Shown: one piece after another, positions 1 through 10,454 of the stretch
Layout: every line of letters starts with the position of its first letter
Numbering within the stretch: position 1 is the stretch's first letter
Origin: Octopus bimaculoides
Taxonomy: Eukaryota
Assembly (NCBI RefSeq): GCF_001194135.2
Contig: NC_068998.1
Span: forward strand, 3,761,057 to 3,825,056
Direction: 5' to 3'
Length of the DNA: 64,000 bases
Made by a program: the position numbers and the translations under genes
The notes under the pieces: generated by a model
Database searches by the model: none
What the model saw: only the letters and a program-made list of their open reading frames with translations
Told to the model about the DNA's origin: nothing

Positions 1-295
1 ACTGGGGTCAATATAAACATCAATCTCTAAGATATCAATATAGCAAACTAGAGTATGACTTCCTGTTTATGAGTCACAATTCAATTAGTTATCGTCATTA
101 CTTTTTATTCTTCCAGGGATGGGCCGGGGGCGGGGATGGAATAAAGAATAATTGAAGTACTTGTGAATCGAGTACCTTAACCACCAGACTATGTGCCACC
201 TTCATCATGATATACAGGTGTCTTAATAATTCTTCGGAGATTGAAATACGTTTATTTTTTTAAAAGAGCTGAATTCGAAACTCTCATTTCTACAA

Positions 296-740
296 TAGGC
301 ACAAGGTCTGGATTTTTGTGGGATGGAACGAGGTTTGGAATTTTGCGGAATGGATTATATCGACCCCAATGTTCAACTGGTACTTATTTTTATCGACCCT
401 GAATGGGATGAAAAGCAAGGTCGACCTCGGCGGAATTTGAACTCAAAACGTAAAGGCGGACGAAATTACTCTAAGCATTTCGTCTGGCGTGCCAGCTCGC
501 CGCTTTACGCTACTAACAAAATATTGTTTTAAATTTTAGAATAAGGCCAGCATTTCGGGATTAAAGGTAAATCGATTCCATCGATCCCCAGTGCTCGACT
601 GGTACTTATTTCGTCGACCCCCAAAAGGGATAAAAGGCAAAGTCAACCTCGGCGGAATTTGAACTCAGAAAATAGAGATGGACGAAATGCCAGTAAGCAT
701 TTTGTTCGGCGTGCTGACGATCCTTCCAACTTGTCGCCTT
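296..740 (-). mobile_element. Two tandem copies of tRNA-derived SINE family A (about 296-506 and 541-740)
   Basis: Reverse complement of the shared consensus ggcggcgagctggcagaatcgttagc...ctgagttcaaattccgccgaggtcgactttgcctttcatcctttcggggtcgataaa...ggggtcgat; Pol III A/B-box-like motifs. Confidence 0.85.
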
Positions 741-1333
741 AGTCGACCAGCAAAATATTAAATATCCATTAAATTCATTAACTCATTGATTAACATTTAA
801 TTTTCCGTGTTTCGCTTTAAAAAAAAAAAATGTTATTATCAATAAATAATGTCGATAAATCTATACGAATGCCAATATCGAAAAATCTATACAAACGCCA
901 ATATCGATAATGTACTGATTATAATTAATTCAAAATGTTATAGGAAGGGCAAAGTTATTAAAGTTAGATACGGGTTTATTTACTTATTATGGTGTGTGCG
1001 GTTACAGCAGGGTCTGACTCACTGATGGGTCAGACTAATGACTGATGAGAGATTGACGGTTTGTAACATTTAGTACTCGCGGGCTCAGGCTACATGACTG
1101 CAAAAAGGTACTGCGAATTGAAAGAGGCACCGAAATGGATTAGATTAATCTTTTTATGACTTTTAGAGATCCAATAGGCTGCAAAGTTTCGTGAAGCTTA
1201 AAAGGAGATTATCATCACCTCTGGAAAGAACGATAATCTATTACAGTTAACCTTTAAATCTGATTATTCTAGCAAATGTAATACTTATTTATTCGCATTG
1301 TTTTGAATTAGTTATGCATTGTTTCTTAGCTTT

Positions 1334-1546
1334 AAGGCGTCGAGCTGGTAGAAACGTTGGCAAGCTGGGCGAAAGGCTCAGCGGTACTTCGTCTGTCGTT
1401 ACGTTCTGAGTTCAAATTCCGCGGAGGTTGACTTTTTCTTTCATCCTTTCGGGATCGATAAAGTAAGTACTAGTTGCATACTGGGATCGATCTAATCGAC
1501 TAGCTCCCTCCCGCAAAATCTTGTGCCTAGAGTAGAAAAGATTATT
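1334..1546 (+). mobile_element. SINE family A, full length
   Basis: Head aaggcgtcgagctggtagaaacgttg, B-box gagttcaaattcc, tail ttgtgcctagagtagaaaagattatt. Confidence 0.9.
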
Positions 1547-2595
1547 TCTTACCTTTGAGATTTTGTTTCGTTGTAATTATTTTTAGAATGACATTGTAGG
1601 ATAGGTTTGAGAGGCTGGATCTGACTGGTTTGAACATAAAATGTTAGACTACTGACCGGACAGCTAGGTGAATTGAAGCATAGAGAATAAAGTGGCTTCG
1701 TTCCAAAGATAAACGAAGCAAGCACTTACTGAAAGCTTTTAATTCACAAATCTTCAGCTAGAAACCTAATACGGTGCTTCTTGAACCTTTCGTCTTCTAC
1801 TTAGATATGGACAGACCGAAGAAATGTAGAGTCGAGCTCCAACTGGATTTGATTAAATGAATTTCAAAAGACGTAATTTATTATTTCACATGCAACTGGT
1901 GTCTCAGACCGAAGTGGTTATGGCGTTCAGGGTACCTTCACCACCCACCAAGAAAAGCGCAGGTTGAAAATGCAGATAATAGTATAAAATATGGCAATAG
2001 AAGAGTTACGATCTGGATGCGACCTGAACTCCTTTAGAATGTAAGGAGTTAAAGGCCGGAACACTTGCAAGAAGGGACCTTCTTCTCTGAAGACCTTCCG
2101 CTGTTCAGTTCTTCCCTAAAGATTCTAATTAATGATTGTGCGAGTAAGAATGAAGTGCATCATGTGAATAGACCATTCATCAGAGAACGATAATTTAATC
2201 AGCTTATTCAGATGCGATAATTGGTCAGTTAATTTATTTTTATCTGAAGATTAAAGCAAATAGAATTGAGATTAACCAAAACTTTGACATACATTGAAGA
2301 CTTCATAAATTCAATTGACTCAACCAATCAAAACACATGACTGGTATTTTTTATCGATTCCGGAAAGATGTAAATGCAAACGAGATGTAAGGTGAACATC
2401 TGAATATAAAGGGACATAACCAAATATCAAAATAATTTAGTTCGGTGCTCTATGTATTTAGTTCTATGACGAGATTACTGCTCCTAAACAATAATGAAAT
2501 AAATATTTTTTTCTTTTAAGAATTACCAAAAACAAAATTAAAAAAAAGGAGAAAATAAAGAAATTTGGAGGTAAGTAATAAAAGTTGTTAAATTC

Positions 2596-2634
<39 letters not shown>

Positions 2635-3589
2635 ATGTACTGATATTGTATGATTGTCGTTCTTTGGGATTCTAATTGTGGTAAAGCTTAAACTTATTTA
2701 CGAAGGTTTTGTCACATCTATCTGTCAGAAAAATACATATCCAAAGTAATCCAGGTGATAATCCAGTGTAAAGTTCAAAGTTGGAGATCCGCAGTCTAAT
2801 CTGGAGGAAGTTCGCTTAGGCGTTAAATATGTGGCATAAATAAAATTTTATAAAAATAATAATAAAAATTGATACCAGAAAAGGGACAAATTTTAAGTGT
2901 AAAGCTTATACTGAAATCCGTAGATTATTTCATGCATAATCTTAATTAATCTACCGAGGTGTTAGAGCATCCGATTCGATACTTCACTACATCTTTTCTT
3001 GCAGTGTATAGATCGTTTACCAACATAACATGGCAGTCCTGGTTTAGGACGAATGTTGCTGTAATGTAGCCCCAAGAGACATCGTCTCCAACTGGCTATA
3101 TGACACGATCTGTGTCCTTATATTTGCTAGATTCCCTTGTTTGAAAATATAAGGGCATAGACTGTGTTGTATAGCCTGCACCTAAATTACAGTTCTTGTA
3201 TGCATGCCTTATTTCCTGATATTAGCCATGGGGGCAAAAACAAATCCCCAAAAGTTATCCCGTCATATGGCAGTTAAACACTTGGTCTTAAAATATTAAT
3301 CAAAATATTGAGCAAAAAACGCCCTCCCTCCCAAAAAAAAACCCCCTCTTTTTTCTTTTAATATATATTTTACAGATATTTGAATGGAAAATTATTTGAC
3401 GGAGCAACATCTGTGGAATGTGGAATTTGACGAAGAATTTCAAGAAGAATTTCATTTCCTTTGGCTGGGAAATATAGAAATGGCACAAAGACAACGGTTG
3501 TTGAAAGGAAAATTAATTTCTCTTTACTCTCAACGGTGTTGGTTTGGTTCTCTCTTTTTAATGCTCTATTGTAATTGGTGTTGTTGCTT

Positions 3590-3675
3590 AGCTCCAGGTT
3601 GCATACTGGAGTCGATCTACTCGACTCGCCCCCTTCCCCCAAATTTGGGGCTTTGTGCCTAGAGTAGAAAAGAAT
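3590..3675 (+). mobile_element. SINE family A, 3' fragment
   Basis: ttgcatactggagtcgatctactcgact...ttgtgcctagagtagaaaag matches the 1334-1546 copy. Confidence 0.75.
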
Positions 3676-4256
3676 AGTATATAATAATTTAATATATGAT
3701 AATTAGATTCCTAGTTGTAAATGTAATTACATGTTTGTCTTGTATTCGGATATAATTTGAAAACTTCATGACTGTCATATTTCAATTATGGAACGTTATT
3801 CTTTTCCAGATATGGTTCCACCAAAATGTGTATTTGATACAACCAGCCTTCCAGATGGAAATTTCTCCGTCTTTAACTGGATAAATATATCAAGAATAAT
3901 ATTGACTCCAAATTTCGCCAAGAGTCTGTTTGAATTGTAGGAAAGTGCGAGTGAGTGAGTGAGTGAGTGAGTGAGTGAGTGAGTGAGTGAGAGAGAGAGA
4001 GAGAGAACGAGTTTGAGAGAGTGAGTGAGTGAGCGAGTGAAGGAGTGTGAAAGAGAGAGTGAGTGAGTGAGTGAGTGAGAGAGCTAAAAAGAATGAGAGA
4101 GGGCGAATGAGAGAGGGAGAGCGAGAGAGCGAGAGTGAGTGTGAGAGTGAGCGTATGAGAGAGTGAGTGTGTGAGAAAGTGCGAGAGCGAGGCCGTGTGC
4201 ATGTGTGAGTGTGTGCACGTATGACCGTATTTATAAATATGCACATCATTAGCCAA

Positions 4257-4578
4257 CAGGTGATGAAGTGGCAAATAGTTGTGCCCTGAGAAAAACACAC
4301 GGAGAAGGCTGATGAGAGGAAGCTTGCCAAATACGAGGAACAGGCAGAGCAGAGCAGAAATCAAGGCAGGCAGGTACATCGCGGTGAACATGAAGTGGAT
4401 CTCCGAGCTTTGTGGAAAGTTCATTCTGCAAAGCTCTGACCGGACTTAGAGTTACTGGTGCAGCCAAAAAGTGAACGATAATTCCATCACTGATGATGCA
4501 GGGAAAGCTACAAAGTGGATTTGGATAAAGAGAACAGAGCGGGAGTTGGCTGCTAATGGGGTGGAAGCTGGGATTTGA
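4257..4578 (+). mobile_element. Decayed 3' end of an RLE-type non-LTR retrotransposon (HERO/NeSL-like endonuclease C-terminus)
   Basis: Manual translation with stops and frameshifts: VVP*EKHTEKADERKLAKYEEQAEQSRNQG...EV.../...SFCKALTGLRVTGAAKK.../...GKATKWIWIKR. This matches the recalled HERO-type motif VPWEE..EEA.ERK.AKY.EL...C...GW...EVGCRGF...EKA..WLWIKR. Confidence 0.75.
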
Positions 4579-4969
4579 ACAAACCCAACTAAAAAATATG
4601 GGAATCTCAGAGCGCTTGTGAGATGTCTGTGTGTGTGTGCGAGATGCGCGCGCGCGCGCGCGCGCGCGCGCGAGCGAGCGAGAGAGAGAGAGAGAGAAGT
4701 TGCGCTACAAAGAGTAATGCACACGAACTACATGGAAATAATAGATAAAACAAAAATATTCCAGAAACGGGCTTACATAAATTTATTGCCTTCTTCAGCT
4801 GTCAATTGAAAATCAGTTTCTGCCAGGTTAATGCTCGAGCGTTTGAACCATATTTTCGTTCTTCCTCTTTACTTCCTTGTTGATCGTTTTTACTTTCATT
4901 TTGCAGTGTGGGTATGTATGTATGTATGTATGTCATTGTTTAGTTTATTTCAAGATTTCTTTCCAATAG

Positions 4970-5034
4970 AGAAAGAACCAGTTACTAACTTAGATCCAAG
5001 GCTCCTTCGTCGGAATTTCGACATCAACAATAAG
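4970..5034 (+). CDS. Isolated plus-strand exon candidate: (E)KEPVTNLDPRLLRRNFDINNK
   Basis: Acceptor gatttctttccaatag|, donor AATAAG|gtatgt and an open frame. It is phase-compatible with a weaker candidate at 2521-2570 (ttttttcttttaag|...GGAG|gtaagt). No convincing full gene model. Confidence 0.25.
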
Positions 5035-5623
5035 GTATGTAGTAGTAGTAGTAGTAGTAGTAGTAGTAATAAAAACATTTGGTTTGTCAATATGGAATTG
5101 TTTGCTATATTTCCCCATGGTTCCAGATTATTTTCTAAATACAAATTTTGCTCAATCACAGACTGATATTAAACGGATGCTAAGTTAATGTTAACGTATT
5201 AAATTATGCGGGAGTAGAGTGGAAAGGACGTTAAAAAGTTAACTAAAAATAATTATGCAACAGAGAAAAGAAAAACGCAACGCTAGTCAATATTAAATTA
5301 TTGAAATATGGGAAACAACCGCGTACATGTTCTTGCCTTATTAAGACCTCGTCAGCGAAACATAGCTGCACCGTATTTGTAATGAGAGCATCGCTAGGTA
5401 TATATATATTTTCTTTTACTCTTTTAGTCTGCGGTCAGGCTGGAGCACCGCCTTGTAGAATGAGTTGCACAAATCGACCCCAGTACTTATCTTAAGTTTG
5501 GTATTTATTCTGTTGAACGCTTTTTGGCGAACTGCTGAGTTAAAAGATGTAAACAAACCAACACCATTTATCAATCCTTTGAGGGAAAAACACACATATA
5601 CACACACATAGACACACAAACAC

Positions 5624-5742
5624 ACTTTGCCTTTTATCCTTTCGGGGTCGATAAATTAAGTACCAGTTGAGGAGTGAGGTCGATGTGATCAACTTGCTCC
5701 CTCAGTTAAAAATTGCTGGCCTTGAGTCAAAAGTTGAAACCG
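5624..5742 (+). mobile_element. SINE family A, 3' half with the alternative tail
   Basis: ctttgccttttatcctttcggggtcgataaattaagtaccag...gctggccttgagtcaaaagttgaaacc. Confidence 0.8.
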
Positions 5743-6698
5743 ATATTGCAATTGGAAATGAAGAGAAGAGGCAAAATGATATTAAGTGGAATCGACTGGA
5801 TTTGGAATATTGGTAAAATCTTGACTACGAGGATTTTGGATTGGTGGGTAAGTTTGGCTGAGTAACTCGCATTCTAGTCAGAATAGTAGTTGAAAGTCTT
5901 TAAAATTACGTAAGGGAGATAATTCCATTAAAATCAGTTGATTGAAGTTTTTTTTTAATTTATGTTGTCAAAACATCACCTATAAGATCTCTGGTATGTA
6001 ATATGTCAATTTGAAAATCTTGCATCAGTCGAAATTATTCAAGTTCGATTCTAGGCAGCATCACACTTCAGGTTGCTCCGATCGATTCGGCTGGCAAAAG
6101 TGAGTTGTATCCGTAATTCAAAGAGCCAGCCTTGTCACCTTGTGTTACGCTGAATCTCCCTTGAGAACTACCTTAAATTAGTAAACTATTCCGTTGATTG
6201 GATCAGCTGATACCCTCGTCGACACAGCCTCTTATTAGTCTTGACTAAGCATACATCTGCCCAAAGGAAACGTCCCGACTGTATTTGTATATATGCATTA
6301 AAATATCCAATATGTTCAACACAGTAGGCTGTGAAATGGGGGAGATTTGACATGTTTATAACTTTTCTAGTCACTACATAATTGCCCCTTTCATTAAAGT
6401 GAAAAGTTTATCTTGTGATGTGATTCTGTAGGAGGCTAAAAAAGAGAAGTGACTCATTCTTTTAAATAACTATACAATTGGATGTCATACATATTATAGT
6501 TGATCGGAATGTTTGGACAAGGTAAACAAAATTTCAATCAGCTGATCTAAATTGAATTATCTCCCTTGCTTTAAAAAAGATATTTAAAGCAACCCCTTTT
6601 AAACTAAACCTGGTTGAAGCTGGGTATTTCACTGGAGAGATGCTTCTTCTCTCACTTTTCGTGGTGGTACTATGCATCGTTCTCCTCTTTAGCTTCAA

Positions 6699-6798
6699 TC
6701 ACCTTCCAAAGGGCTTGTAGCGGTAACTTCCTCTCTTGAATGAGCGCAGTTGTTGATTCTCTTCAAACTGGTCTTTGAACAGTTTCTTTTTTTCTCCT
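6699..6798 (-). CDS. Candidate terminal coding exon: (R)GEKKKLFKDQFEENQQLRSFKRGSYRYKPFGR*
   Basis: Tandem acceptors ttgtttag|ctag|. The distal AG gives a phase-2 start that continues the frame of the 7.9-kb exon to TGA at 6701-6699. The KKKLF...SFKRG motif resembles KKKIF...SFGRG in the 46-kb exon. Confidence 0.45.
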
Positions 6799-6934
6799 CT
6801 AGCTAAACAATGATCATGATGTAGCTGGCCCTAAGGTATGTAATAAAAAAAGGATGTCAGGTACGTGCACTGCATGTCTGAGCCATTTCAGGTGATACTT
6901 ATCGACTATATTTTGTTATTTGCTTATATAATTT

Positions 6935-7310
6935 CGGGCCCAGAGGTTAGGGCAGCGGACTCGCGGTCATAGGATCGCTGTTTCGATTCCCAGACCGGGC
7001 GTTGTGAGTGTTTATTGAGCAAAAACACCTAAAGCTCCACGAGGCTCCGGCAGGGGATGATGGTGAACCCTACTGTACTCTTTCACCGCAACTTTCTCTC
7101 ACTCTTACTTCCTGTTTCTGTTCTGCCTGTAATTCAAAGGGTCAGCCTTGTCACACTGTGTCACGCTGAATATCCCCCCCGAGAACTACATTAAGAGTAC
7201 ACGCGTCTGTGGATTGCTCAGCCACTTGCACGTTAATTTCACGAGCAGGCTGTTCCGTTGATCGGATCAACTGGAACTCTCGACGTCGTAAGCGACGGAG
7301 TGCCAACAAA
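6935..7310 (+). mobile_element. SINE family C (tRNA-like head, distinct body), full length; partial copy at about 6110-6230
   Basis: Head gggcccagaggttagggcagcggactcgcggtcataggatcgctgtttcgattccc. The body cagccttgtcacactgtgtcacgctgaat...gagaactac is shared with 6128-6170. Confidence 0.75.
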
Positions 7311-7835
7311 AATTCCGACTAATCAAAGATTTTCAGTTCTGTATGTTACATGCGTAAGCTCTGCATAGTGTTTTGACAATATAGTTAAGAACTACACTTA
7401 ACTGATCTTAATTGAATTATCTCCCTTACTTTAAGATTTTATGTAACTCTAGAAGAGGACAGGGGTTAGTTTCGTATCGTTATTTATTATCAGAATAATA
7501 AACCGTTGAGCGCTGGGATGATAACGATGTTAATGAATCGAATTAGGGATTGATTTACTTTAGCTGCTGTTAGCTTTGTTAGGACACTGGAATGATTTAT
7601 TTATTAGGTATTTTTTCATGTTTGTATAATTTTTGTGGTTATAGCGGGGATAACAAAAAGGGATTGGACAATTATTTCTAATTTACCTGGTTAATTATCT
7701 CTAATTTGTTCGGATAAAAATCTCAAGCGATTCAAATTTGTCAACTCAATGCGAAAGACCTACATCAATGTTTTATCAACATAGATAATAAAAAAATCTT
7801 CAATTAGCTGGTTTTAATTTAGTTAATCCCTTTAC

Positions 7836-7931
7836 CTTAAAAAGTATATTGCTTTCTGTTCTCTTGAGTGGTTGAATTTGTTCCATCCTGTGTCGGGCCC
7901 AAGTCTCTCCATTCTTTCTTTCTGCTTCTCT
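7836..7931 (-). CDS. Candidate coding exon (96 bp): EKQKERMERLGPDTGWNKFNHSREQKAIYFL(R) in phase 2-2; also open in phase 0-0 as REAERKNGETWARHRMEQIQPLKRTESNILFK
   Basis: Acceptor tttacatgtataatag| and donor TTTAAG|gtaaag. Same length and phase as the 16.6-kb exon, and joins it in frame. Confidence 0.55.
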
Positions 7932-7999
7932 CTATTATACATGTAAATTTTGCGTCTTACACAATAGTTATATATATTATATGTAATATTTGGAATTTA

Positions 8000-8780
8000 G
8001 TGATACAACATTTCCGTCGTATATAATACCACTTATATATAACACATTCAGCCATCATTCATATGAAATATTTAGCCATACACCTTTAGCCATAAACACA
8101 ACGTTGCTATATATCTTTAGTCTCAAATCCAGTATTTAGTCAATCATAACATTTTATCATAATATACAACGTCTAGCCATATACATTTAATCAAACAACA
8201 TTTAATCATACTCGATATTTAATCATATATATTTAGTCATATACATTCGATCATATGTCAGTCATATGTTTCAATAATATACTAAATCATACCACACTGT
8301 CAGTCATCTACAACATTTAGTCATAAACAGCATATAGTTATTTGCAACATTTAGGGTGGGGAGCTGGTGGAATCGTTAACACGCAGCGCAAAATGCTTAG
8401 CAGGAATTCGTCTGTTTTTACGTTCTGAGTTCAAATTCCACCGAGGTCGATTTTGACTTTCATCCTTTTGGGATCGATAAATCAAGTACCAGTGAAACAC
8501 TGGAGTCAATGTAATCGGCTTGTCCCCTTCCCCAAAATTTCAGGCCTTGTGCCTTTAGTAAAACGTATTATTTCCAACATTTAATCCTTATCGACATTTA
8601 GTCAAATACTTTTAGTCATGCACAGTATTTAGTCATATCCAAACATTTAATCCTACACAATATTCAATCATTCATCAGTCGTATGTACCACATCTACTTA
8701 CAAACTAAATTCAACCCAGCATTCAGTCAGAAACAACATCATATGCTACATTTTGTCATAAAAATTCATTCAATCGTGTT
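8000..8780. repeat. Degenerate minisatellite of catttagtca(t)-like units, interrupted by a SINE
   Basis: Repeated atttagtcat / tttaatcat / attcagcca motifs throughout. Confidence 0.65.
8354..8567 (+). mobile_element. SINE family A, full length, with a 16-bp target-site duplication
   Basis: Flanked by ttatttgcaacattta (8338-8353) and ttatttccaacattta (8568-8583), with 1 mismatch. Confidence 0.9.
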
Positions 8781-9582
8781 TCTCCGCCTCCGCAATCTCA
8801 CCGCCCCTATTTCTGTATCTATTACTCTCTCTCCCTCCTTCTCTCCCTCTCAATCTTAAATTCCGCCGAAGGGCAAAAAACTAGACAATCTGCTGTCTCT
8901 CTTTTTGCTTCATATACTGCCATCTTTGAAAGGGAATCCCTGCTAAGTTTCCTGACTCCAGCGGTCTCCAACTGTTCGAGTTGAGGGTCAACATACTTCA
9001 GCGAGTGTACATGCAGTTATTTCCAGCCACCGTTGCAAAACCCACTCCCCACCACCACCACCAACAACAACATCAACACCAATAATAGCCTCTCTTCTTT
9101 TCACCCGCCATATTTCTCTCTCCCCACTATCGTTTTATTCTCAACCACTTCGCAACAAAAAAAGATAATTGCACTTATCCCTGTCATTTCAAACTTGATG
9201 GATTTGAATCCATGGATGCTTGTTTTATTTCTTTCTTCTTTCCTTTCTTTATCTCGCTATCTGTTTGTCTATCTAGCTATTTATCCATCTGTCCATCCTT
9301 CTATCAGTTTATCTACCCAGCCCTCCGTCCACCCATTCGTTTCTCTCTCTGTGCATCTCTATCTAAACCTATCCGTCCATATATCTCTCTTCTGATTTAT
9401 AAATTACATCGACGAAGAGAAAGACAAAAACAAAAAAAATGTTTGGTAGATTGGAATCAATGAACGAACCTCTACCTGATTACATATACGCACATGTGTG
9501 TGTGTACATATACAGATATATACATATATACACACGTGTGTGTAAATGCATAGATATACAAACATCAGATAGACCGACTATC

Positions 9583-9961
9583 CTTTTATTCTTTTACTTG
9601 TTTCAGTCATTTGACTGCGGCCATGCTGGAGCTCCGCGTTTGGTCGAACAAATCGATCCCCAGAACTTATTCTCTGTAAGCCTAGTACTTATTCTGTTGG
9701 TCTCTTTTTGCCGAACCGCTAGGTTACGGGGACGTAAACACATCAACATCGGCTGTCAAGCGATGGTGAGGGAACACACACACACATATGTATATACGAC
9801 AGGCTTCTTTCAGTTTCCGTCTTCCGAATCCATTCACAAGGCTTTGGTCAACCCAAGGCCATAGTAGAAGACACTTGCTCAAGGTGCCACACAGTGGGAC
9901 TGAACCCGGAATCATGTGTTTGAGAAGCAAGCTCCTTACCACACAGCCACTCCGGCGCCTA
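9583..9961 (-). mobile_element. SINE family B (tRNA head, CORE-like domain, internal (TG)n, 3' module), full length
   Basis: Sense head ggcgccggagtggctgtgtggtaagg...gggttcagtccc, then the CORE-like accttgagcaagtgtcttctactatggcc (similar to MIR gaccttgggcaagt), then the tail gcggtgctccagcatggccgcagtcaaatgactgaaacaagtaaaag. Octopus OR1/OR2 are known CORE-SINEs, but naming this family needs an alignment. Confidence 0.85.
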
Positions 9962-10182
9962 TGTGAATATTTACGCCGGGGTTACACTGTATATTCTTAA
10001 ACGAATCTCTCCCCAGCTTCTCCTTGCTCTTTCCTCTTCTCTTTCCTTACTGAGTGAAGAAGGGCAGTTTCCGGAATGTTATAGCAGTCGACTTATTCCA
10101 TTTTCCAGAGCGTTGCACACATACATAGATATATATACATATAATATATACATATACATGCATATGTATAAATACATGTAAG

Positions 10183-10245
<63 letters not shown>

Positions 10246-10283
10246 TTACATATGTATATATAAACGTACATAATTATATATAA

Positions 10284-10317
<34 letters not shown>

Positions 10318-10454
10318 GTGTGTATATATGCGAAAACGTATGTACATATGCAAGTGTATATATATGCATTCGGTTTTGCGTTCGTATGCTGTGTCTGGCA
10401 AAGCTATGGGAGAGTTCGAAACCCTATCCACTCGTTCATTGTGATATCTGAGCG

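Noticed and set aside
6699-6740. Neuropeptide-like ending (KR-GSYRYKPF-GR*) and SFGR motifs
   Set aside because: No signal peptide or repeated amidated peptides were found. Dibasic and GR motifs are expected in such a basic protein.
6935-7010. tRNA-like sequences at SINE heads
   Set aside because: They carry A/B boxes but continue into SINE bodies, with no complete cloverleaf or terminator. I do not call them tRNA genes.
8880-8990. Minus frame HSLKYVDPQLEQLETAGVRKLSRDSLSKMAVYEAKRE looks protein-like
   Set aside because: It has no credible acceptor or donor in that frame, and a stop lies immediately upstream. I cannot separate it from chance.
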